Assembly (NCBI GenBank): GCA_040005235.1
Contig: JBDTZG010000096.1
Location: 1 to 15,407, forward strand
Source of the DNA: Acidobacteriota bacterium
GTDB taxonomy: Bacteria; Acidobacteriota; Thermoanaerobaculia; Multivoradales; UBA5704
DNA length: 15,407 bases
Direction: 5' to 3'
The notes below the pieces were generated by a model. That model was not told where the DNA came from. It did no database searches and worked only from the letters and a program-made list of their open reading frames with translations. The position numbers and the translations under genes were made by a program. This document shows positions 1 to 5,805 of the stretch, in pieces. Numbering within the stretch: the stretch's first letter is position 1; each line of letters begins with the position of its first letter.

Positions 1-49
1 TTACCAGAGCCTTGCGCCGGTTGGGCGGACTTTCACCACGGGCTGCTAG
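1..49. mobile_element. Putative IS terminus (IS5/IS1182-like) abutting a CTAG target inside the nSTAND3 gene
   Basis: Plus strand reads GACTTTCACCACGGGCTG|CTAG (CTAG at 46-49) and translates DFHHGLL, resembling the F-x-x-x-L-L/CTGCTAG ends I recall for IS5/IS1182-type elements. The minus-strand NTPase translation loses family-like character here (…LYNHLHFSSIPPL then AARGESPPNRRK). Only 45 bp is visible. Confidence 0.4.
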
Positions 50-796
50 GGGAGGGATGCTCGAAAAGTGAAGATGGTTATAGAGTACGCGTCCCTTTAC
101 GAGGCCCGTATAGTCCTCAAGATGCACGATGCACTTCAGGCTGTCTGCTATGGCTCGGTTAAGCCGTTCGTATCGAGATTCTGCTCGCTTGAGGATATAC
201 TCACGCGTAGTCAGGACAATACGCTTGTTCGGAGCGTGTGACACTCGCTGCAGAAATTCTGACAAGCGTGCATCTTCGTTCTTCGTGAGCGCATCGTCAA
301 AAGCCGTCCCAAGAAAATCGTCGTAGTAGAAGAACTGATGTCGAAGCGGATCGTAAAGTTGATTGGCTTCGTCGATATCAGCGGACAGAACATATGCTTC
401 ATACGATTGCTGCAAATGATGCAGCATCAGCATCCGCGCCAGGAAAGTCTTTCCTATCCCCGGAACACCAGAGATGATGCAAACGTGCCTTGACTTTAAG
501 ATATCAAGTGCTCGGCCAAAGCTTGGGTTTTGGACATAAAGGCGAACCTGGCGCTCAATCTCGGCCCTTAGCGCATCGGTTCTAACGAACGTCGCTGCAT
601 TGAGAATTCTTCCAAGGATAGCAGAGCTGGTCAACCAAAGCTTGAAATGATTCTGCTCAACCTTCGGGAATCGGCCAAGCAGATTACGCATATCATCTGC
701 ACCAAAGACGTCGGATGACGAAGCTATAAAAGGATGAAACAGCTTGACGATCTCATCCTTATTTCCAGGGGTTAGGCTCACAGATGTAGTGAGAAT
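1..796 (-). pseudogene. C-terminal frame of restriction endonuclease-STAND NTPase fusion (nSTAND3-like); frameshifted, open to window edge
   Basis: Manual translation from 796, no stop to the edge, absent from the ORF track: ILTTSVSLTPGNKDEIVKLFHPFI…HFKLWLTSSAILGRIL…RLYVQNPSFGRALDILKSRHVCIISGVPGIGKTFLARML (Walker A)…QFFYYDDFLG (Walker B)…KNED…RIVLTTREYIL…VLYNHLHFS. Confidence 0.85.
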
Positions 797-1052
797 ATCG
801 CTCCGGTCTAATTCTATGAACCTTCGGGACCTCTTGCTGTAGCTGAGATATAAGCTTGCCCCAGCCGGACTTTACAAAATGTTTGCATTGCACAACCCAC
901 TGCCTGCCTAGCGGCTTCGAATAACGCAAGTCAATCCCGCCGTCTCGTCCAACCGCAAAGGACTCGAAACGCACCTGGAGTTCGGCCTGCAGCAGGTCCC
1001 GGGAGAGGTCTTCGAAATCGGCGGGTGAAAGAGCGCTAAAGTCGTAGGCCAT
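759..1052 (-). CDS. Mrr-like restriction endonuclease domain; N-terminal fragment of the frameshifted REase-nSTAND3 gene
   Basis: MAYDFSALSPADFEDLSRDLL…GRDGGIDLR…VVQCKH is the Mrr-type (D)GGID…QxK nuclease motif. The family-like sequence continues in another frame after …PERY at ~795. Confidence 0.85.
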   Translation of the reverse strand: MAYDFSALSPADFEDLSRDLLQAELQVRFESFAVGRDGGIDLRYSKPLGRQWVVQCKHFVKSGWGKLISQLQQEVPKVHRIRPERYSHYICEPNPWK

Positions 1053-1136
1053 TCAGTGCCTGTGCAGAATCAGTTAATGGCTTCAAAGGAGTTGTCCTCG
1101 GCCCGCATAGTCTCGTAGCGCAGAGCAGAATATGTT

Positions 1137-1406
1137 TTAAGAATTGGAGAGGTCGGATACCTGAAAGGGGTGCTCTGCGCGGAAGTTCTCGAAGTAGTCA
1201 AGGATGAACTCTTCTTCGCTGGTTAGCCGAGTTGACTTCACATCCTCGATCACGTCGAGCAAACGGCGACGCTCAGCTGAAATCGTATCGGGTGGCTCCG
1301 GTATCTCTACACGATTATCTCCGCCGGTCCGGCGGGAGAATTCTCGAGGAGCCTCACTTCGACTCGGATCCTCCATCATCGTCATGGCCTGCTTGTGTGC
1401 CTGCAT
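1137..1406 (-). CDS. Small hypothetical protein (89 aa), possibly antitoxin/regulator-like
   Basis: ATG with GGAGAG RBS 8 nt upstream (1415-1420) and TACAAT -10-like hexamer at 1427-1432. Charged, helical-looking C-terminal half. No family recognised. Confidence 0.55.
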   Translation of the reverse strand: MQAHKQAMTMMEDPSRSEAPREFSRRTGGDNRVEIPEPPDTISAERRRLLDVIEDVKSTRLTSEEEFILDYFENFRAEHPFQVSDLSNS

Positions 1407-1426
1407 CTCGCCGGCTCTCCAAATTC

Positions 1427-1472
1427 ATTGTAACCCGAACTTACAGGTGAAACCTGTGGGCCCCAATGGCCC
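1427..1472 (-). promoter_or_regulatory. Promoter/operator cluster: TGTAA-N7-TTACA palindrome over a TACAAT -10, plus two short hairpins
   Basis: TGTAAcccgaacTTACA 1429-1445; ACAGGTgaaACCTGT 1443-1457; GGGCCccaatGGCCC 1458-1472. Confidence 0.45.
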
Positions 1473-1484
1473 GCCGCCCACTCT

Positions 1485-2648
1485 TTAGCCCAGGGGCTCT
1501 AGGTCCAGCTGCAACCTGGACAGCCCCACCGCGCGCACTTTCTCGGCCAGGGGGAAGGTTAGATCGCCGGCATAAACGAGGTCGATGCGATCGAGTTTCA
1601 GGTCGGCGAGCGCGATGTGGATCGACGGCGTTAGTTTCGGCGCCGAGGTGAGCTTGAACTCGAAGCCCAGGCGGCGGCCGCCGCGGACGACCAGAAGGTC
1701 GAGTTCCGCTCCCCCATGGGTGCTCCAAAAATAAACTTCCTCGGGACGGGCGCCGAGCCGGGCGATGACCTCGCGCAAGACGAACCCTTCGAAGGAAGCA
1801 CCGACCTTCGGATGCCCGAGCAACTCCTCGCGCGTTTCGATGCCGAGCAGGGTATGAAGCAGCCCGCTGTCGATGAGGTAGACCTTAGGCGCCTTGACCT
1901 GGCGCTTCTTGAGATTCTCGAACCAGGGGGGAAGCACCTGAAGCACCAGCGCTCCGCGCAGCAAATCGAGATAGCGACGCACCGTGCTTTCGGCCACCCC
2001 GAAGGCCCGCGCCAGTTCGGCGCCATTCCAGGTCTGGCCGTGGTAGTGAGCCAGCATGGTCCAAAATCTACGTAGCGCGTCGGGCGGAACTTGGATGCCC
2101 AAGGCCGGGATGTCGCGCTCGAGAAAGGTGCGGACGAAACCGCGCCGCCACTCGGCGCTCGCCGCATCGCTCTCGGCGAGAAAAGAGCGGGGAAAACCGC
2201 CACGCAGCCAGAGTGCGTCGCGCGCCTCGGCGCCCACCTCCCCCAGATCGAAACCGCCCAGCTCGTAGTAGAAGATGCGCCCGGCGAGCGTTTCGGATCC
2301 CTGACGCAGCAGATCGGGCGACGCACTACCCAGGACCAAGAAGCGGGCTTTCCTTGCGGGCCGATCGACCAGAACCCGGAGGATCGGGAACAGCTCCGGC
2401 GCGAGTTGCACCTCGTCGATGACGACCAGCCCTTCGAGGCCGTCGAGCGCAAAGCGAGGGTCCCCGAGCCGACTGCGGTCGAGCGGGTCTTCGAGGTCGA
2501 AGAAGGTTACCGGGGCCGGCCAACTCGCCGAGATCTGGCGCGCGAGCGTGCTCTTACCGACCTGGCGGGTTCCCAGAATGGCGACCACCGGGTGCCTTTG
2601 GAGCAAACCGGCGAGGGCTTCGACGTGGTGGCTTCGATCGATCGTCAC
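1485..2648 (-). CDS. AAA+ ATPase with winged HTH and DUF4143 C-terminal domain (AAA_14/DUF4143, COG1373-like)
   Basis: Walker A GTRQVGKST, Walker B VVIDEVQ, LVLGSAS, ETLAGR, GGFP, HTH-like NGAELARAFGVAESTVRRYLDLL, KAPKVYLIDSGL, GASFEGFV, ELDLL…GFEFK (PD-(D/E)xK-like). GTG start. Confidence 0.93.
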   Translation of the reverse strand: MTIDRSHHVEALAGLLQRHPVVAILGTRQVGKSTLARQISASWPAPVTFFDLEDPLDRSRLGDPRFALDGLEGLVVIDEVQLAPELFPILRVLVDRPARKARFLVLGSASPDLLRQGSETLAGRIFYYELGGFDLGEVGAEARDALWLRGGFPRSFLAESDAASAEWRRGFVRTFLERDIPALGIQVPPDALRRFWTMLAHYHGQTWNGAELARAFGVAESTVRRYLDLLRGALVLQVLPPWFENLKKRQVKAPKVYLIDSGLLHTLLGIETREELLGHPKVGASFEGFVLREVIARLGARPEEVYFWSTHGGAELDLLVVRGGRRLGFEFKLTSAPKLTPSIHIALADLKLDRIDLVYAGDLTFPLAEKVRAVGLSRLQLDLEPLG

Positions 2649-2738
2649 CTTGAAATCCTAGCACTCTCCGCTAGATTTTCAAGGTGAAATCGAAATCCAC
2701 CTTGAAATCCTAGCGGTCACCGCTAGATTTTCAAGGTG
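2646..2738. repeat. Two tandem 41-bp imperfect palindromes (period 52 bp) overlapping the ATPase start codon
   Basis: CACCTTGAAATCCTAGC-N7-GCTAGATTTTCAAGGTG at 2646-2686 and 2698-2738. Arms are identical between copies, centres differ (ACTCTCC vs GGTCACC), spacer is 11 nt. Confidence 0.95.
2649..2682 (-). promoter_or_regulatory. Sigma70-type promoter for a leaderless ATPase mRNA
   Basis: Minus strand: TTGAAA-16nt-TAGGAT with TGn extension, then 6 nt to the GTG start. No properly spaced SD. Confidence 0.6.
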
Positions 2739-2798
2739 AGAATGCCAGGTTGGCATTTCGCGCTCCCACATCTCGGTCGGTGAGGAACAGAACGTACA

Positions 2799-2826
2799 GC
2801 CCCCGCGGATGTTTCTCCGCGGGGGC
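2799..2826 (-). terminator. GC-rich hairpin downstream of POT transporter
   Basis: GCCCCCGCGGA-tgtttc-TCCGCGGGGGC, 11-bp stem 22 nt after the stop; only a weak U-rich tail. Confidence 0.6.
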
Positions 2827-2848
2827 GGAAGAGCGGGCGATCCTTCGA

Positions 2849-4363
2849 TCAGTGCACGCCGCCCATCAGGCGGCGGATCGGACGGATCAGCAGCGCGAGA
2901 ATCACCCCGGCGATCACACAGTTGATCACCACCGAGCCGAACAGCTCGGGCAGCGGCAGGCTTTCGAACCGGCCGGCGACCAACCCCGCGATCAAATTGC
3001 CGAGCGAGATCGACATGAACCAGATGCCCATCATCTGGCCGACGATCCGCTGCGGCGCAAGCTTGGTAACCGTCGAGAGACCCACCGGCGAAACGCACAG
3101 CTCGCCCGCGGTATGGAACAGGTAGGTGAGGCAGAGCCAGAACGGGCTCACCAGGACGCCGCCGGCCGAAGCCCTGGCGGCGCCGACCATGACGAAGAAG
3201 CCGCCGCCCAGAAGGATCAAGCCGAGCGAAAACTTCGCCGGGGCCGAGGGCTCCAGCTTTCTTTTCGACAGGAAGACCCAGAGCCAGGCGAAGATCGGCG
3301 CGCAGATGATGATCAGCAGCGGGTTGACCGACTGGAGCACGCTCGCCGGCATGTTGAAGCCGAAACCGCGCGGGTTCGTGTTCTGCTGGGCGAACAGGTT
3401 GAGCGACGAGCCGGCCTGCTCGAAACCGGACCAGAACACGGAGGAGAAAAGGAACAGCACGAAGATCGCGAGAATCCGCTTCCGCTCGGTCGCGTCGTAG
3501 CCGCCGCTCACGAATTGAAAGAGAAAATAGAGCGCGACCAAACCGCCGATCACGTAGCCGGTGATCTTGGCGATCGCCTCGGCGTCGATCGGCAACGTGC
3601 CGGCCCAGATCAGGCCGACGATTACGACCAGCAGGCCGACCGCGGCGAACAGGAAGTTGCGAGCCTTCGCGCGCTCCGCGGGCGAGGTCGCGGCGTTCGG
3701 TTCCAGCCCCGCGGTGCCGAGATGCTTGCCGCCGAGGGTGTATTGGATCAAGCCGAGCAGCATGCCGAGACCGGCCACCGCGAAGCCAATGTGCCAGTTG
3801 ACCTTCTGCCCCAGCGGCCCGCAGATCAGCGGGGCCACGAAGGCGCCGAGGTTGATCCCCATGTAGTAGATCGAGAAGCCGGCGTCGCGCCGCGAGCCCC
3901 CTTCCGGATAAAGCTCGGCGACCATGGTGCTGATGTTCGGCTTGAGCAGCCCGGTGCCGAGGACGATCAGCAGCATCCCGAGAAAGAACGTCTGGATGCT
4001 GTCGATCGCCATGCAGAAGTGGCCGCAGGCGATCAGGATGCCTCCGAAGAGCACCGTCCGGCGCTGGCCCAGCAAGCGGTCCGCCACCCAGCCGCCCGGA
4101 AGAGCCAGCAGATAGACCGACGCGGTATAGAGCCCGTAGATCGCCCCCGCCTTGGCCGCGTCGTAACCCAATCCGCCGCTCGCGACTCCGGCGGTCATGA
4201 ACAGAATCAACAGCGCGCGCATCCCGTAGTAGCTGAAGCGCTCCCAAAACTCGGTGAAGAACAGCGTCGAGAGCCCTCTCGGGTGGCCGAAGAACGACGT
4301 GTCGGACGCGGCGCTTGGGATCGAAGCGCCTGCGGTCGGGACGGGCTGGGCGGTCTCTGCCAT
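2849..4363 (-). CDS. Proton-dependent oligopeptide transporter (POT/PTR2 family MFS, DtpT-like), 504 aa
   Basis: FFGHPRGL…FFTEFWERFSYYGMR (ExxERFxYY), GGWVADRLLG, GTGLLKPNIS, GFSIYYMGINLG, FQSVNP-like LQSVNP, GELCVSPVG. Start MAETAQ at 4363 has GGAGA/GAGG RBS; the ORF track's 5' extension is antisense to tyrA. Confidence 0.96.
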   Translation of the reverse strand: MAETAQPVPTAGASIPSAASDTSFFGHPRGLSTLFFTEFWERFSYYGMRALLILFMTAGVASGGLGYDAAKAGAIYGLYTASVYLLALPGGWVADRLLGQRRTVLFGGILIACGHFCMAIDSIQTFFLGMLLIVLGTGLLKPNISTMVAELYPEGGSRRDAGFSIYYMGINLGAFVAPLICGPLGQKVNWHIGFAVAGLGMLLGLIQYTLGGKHLGTAGLEPNAATSPAERAKARNFLFAAVGLLVVIVGLIWAGTLPIDAEAIAKITGYVIGGLVALYFLFQFVSGGYDATERKRILAIFVLFLFSSVFWSGFEQAGSSLNLFAQQNTNPRGFGFNMPASVLQSVNPLLIIICAPIFAWLWVFLSKRKLEPSAPAKFSLGLILLGGGFFVMVGAARASAGGVLVSPFWLCLTYLFHTAGELCVSPVGLSTVTKLAPQRIVGQMMGIWFMSISLGNLIAGLVAGRFESLPLPELFGSVVINCVIAGVILALLIRPIRRLMGGVH

Positions 4364-4394
4364 GGCCTCGGATCTCCTGGAAAATTGGTCCGGG

Positions 4395-4448
4395 AGCGTA
4401 GCACAGCGAATCGGCGGCGCCGCCCGGAATCCCGGTAAGCTACCCGCC
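4395..4448. promoter_or_regulatory. Divergent -10 elements for POT gene and leaderless tyrA
   Basis: Plus: TAAGCT 4436-4441, 7 nt before the tyrA ATG, no SD. Minus: TGC-TACGCT (4395-4403) upstream of the POT gene. Confidence 0.45.
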
Positions 4449-5597
4449 ATGAGCGCCCCCGAGCCCCCCTCCGACCCGACCGACCTTTCGACCCTGCGCG
4501 ACACGATCGCCCGGGTCGATCGCGGCATCCTGGAATTGCTGCGCCGACGGATGTCGATCGCCGCCGAAATCGGCAAGATCAAAGCGGGCGGCGGCCAGCC
4601 GGTCACAGTGAAAAACGTCGAAGAGCGGGTTTTGGCCCGCGCCCGGCAGCATGCGGAGGCCTGCGGCATCTCGGAAAAGGTGATGGAGGAGATCTTCCGC
4701 GACATCCTGCGCGCCTCGGTGGAGCGCCAGCACCGGGAAGGGATCGCCCTGCGCGAGCTGGCGGGCGAGAGAATCCTGTTAGTGGGAGGCGCGGGCGGAA
4801 TGGGCACCTGGCTCTCCGGCTTTCTCGCGCTTGGCGGCCATTCGATCGATCTGCTCGATCCGTCGTTCGCCCCCCTGCCGCCGATGCCGCCCAACCCCGA
4901 GGCACCGGGCCGTTTCGCCCGGCTCGACGAGATCCCCGACCTCGGCCTCTACGCCGCGATCTTCGTCGCCGTGCCGCTCGGCGCCACCGCATCGGTGATC
5001 GAGGAGCTCGCGGCCCGAAAACCACGCGGCTTGGTGATCGAGATCGCCTCGATCAAAGACCAGCTGCAAGAGCCGCTCGAAGCCGCCCGCGCGGCCGGCG
5101 TACGCACGCTTTCGCTCCACCCGATGTTCGGACCGTCCAAATCTCTCTACGAGCCGCTCACCTTCGTCCTCGCCGCCCAGGGCAACCTGGACGAAGAACG
5201 CGCGCTGATCGAGCCTCTCCTCAACCACCCCTACACCAAGCTGGTGGTCGTGCCGTTCCTCCACCACGACCGGCTGATGGGCTGGCTCCTCGGCCTCGCC
5301 CACCTGTCGAACCTGGCCTTCGGCGCCGCGCTCACCAGGTCCGGAATCACCGCCCGCGAGCTGTACGACTGCGCCTCCACCACCTTTTCCCGCCAAGCGG
5401 CGACCGCGCTCTCGGTGCTATCCGAAGACCCCGACCTCTACCTAGACATCCAGCGCCTGAACCCGCACCGCACCGCGGTCTACGCCGCCGCCCGCGACGC
5501 GATCGACGAGCTGGAGCACCTGGTCGAAGTGCACGACCGCGAGGGCTTCCGCTCGACCCTCGAAGCCGCCCGGCAGGCGTTGGAGCGGGAGGGGTAG
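4449..5597 (+). CDS. tyrA: Bifunctional chorismate mutase (AroQ)/prephenate (or arogenate) dehydrogenase
   Basis: N-terminal LRDTIARVDRGILELLRRR…IGKIK…SVERQ (AroQ). Then Rossmann VGGAGGMG, EIASIK, SLHPMFGP, HDRLM…LAH (PDH). Likely start MSAPEP at 4449. Confidence 0.9.
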   Translation: MSAPEPPSDPTDLSTLRDTIARVDRGILELLRRRMSIAAEIGKIKAGGGQPVTVKNVEERVLARARQHAEACGISEKVMEEIFRDILRASVERQHREGIALRELAGERILLVGGAGGMGTWLSGFLALGGHSIDLLDPSFAPLPPMPPNPEAPGRFARLDEIPDLGLYAAIFVAVPLGATASVIEELAARKPRGLVIEIASIKDQLQEPLEAARAAGVRTLSLHPMFGPSKSLYEPLTFVLAAQGNLDEERALIEPLLNHPYTKLVVVPFLHHDRLMGWLLGLAHLSNLAFGAALTRSGITARELYDCASTTFSRQAATALSVLSEDPDLYLDIQRLNPHRTAVYAAARDAIDELEHLVEVHDREGFRSTLEAARQALEREG

Positions 5598-5598
5598 T

Positions 5599-5667
5599 TC
5601 CTGGGCTCGGTCACCGACTTCTTCCCTCGGAGCCAAAACGCCAGGCTGGAGCCTGGCGAGCCCAGGA
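5599..5667. repeat. REP-like nested inverted repeat
   Basis: Outer arms TCCTGGGCTCG (5599-5609) / CGAGCCCAGGA (5657-5667). Inner CGCCAGGCT-gg-AGCCTGGCG (5639-5658). Immediately after the tyrA stop. Confidence 0.65.
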
Positions 5668-5756
5668 CGTGGCTCGACGAAATTCAGATGGCGCCTTCCC
5701 GGTTATCTAGCCCTTGAAGCAGTGGAGACCGAGCCGACCGCCCTACTCTTGGAATT

Positions 5757-5772
5757 GGGCACGATTTCCGCA
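5757..5772 (+). promoter_or_regulatory. Possible sigma54 promoter for the kinase
   Basis: GGGCACGATTTCCGCA: GG-N10-GC with a good -24 (GGCACG) and weak -12 (CCGCA), 33 nt before the ATG. Confidence 0.35.
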
Positions 5773-5805
5773 TACAGTGCCTGCGATTAGACCCTTTCGG
5801 CGCCT

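Noticed and set aside
20-45. GGTGAAAGTCC on the minus strand as a group II intron domain I motif
   Set aside because: No GTGCG 5' splice site shortly upstream. An IS terminus at CTAG is the better, though still tentative, explanation.
129-402. Short ORFs 129-326 (+) and 211-402 (-)
   Set aside because: They overlap the real nSTAND3 reading frame in other frames.
2646-2738. Tandem palindromic repeats as a mini-CRISPR array
   Set aside because: Only two units, an 11-nt spacer, variation inside the repeat centre and no cas genes. A promoter/operator reading fits better.
4254-4894. Long 5' extensions of the POT and tyrA ORFs suggesting overlapping divergent genes
   Set aside because: Family similarity and RBS/-10 signals place the starts at 4363 (-) and 4449 (+), leaving an 85-bp intergenic gap.
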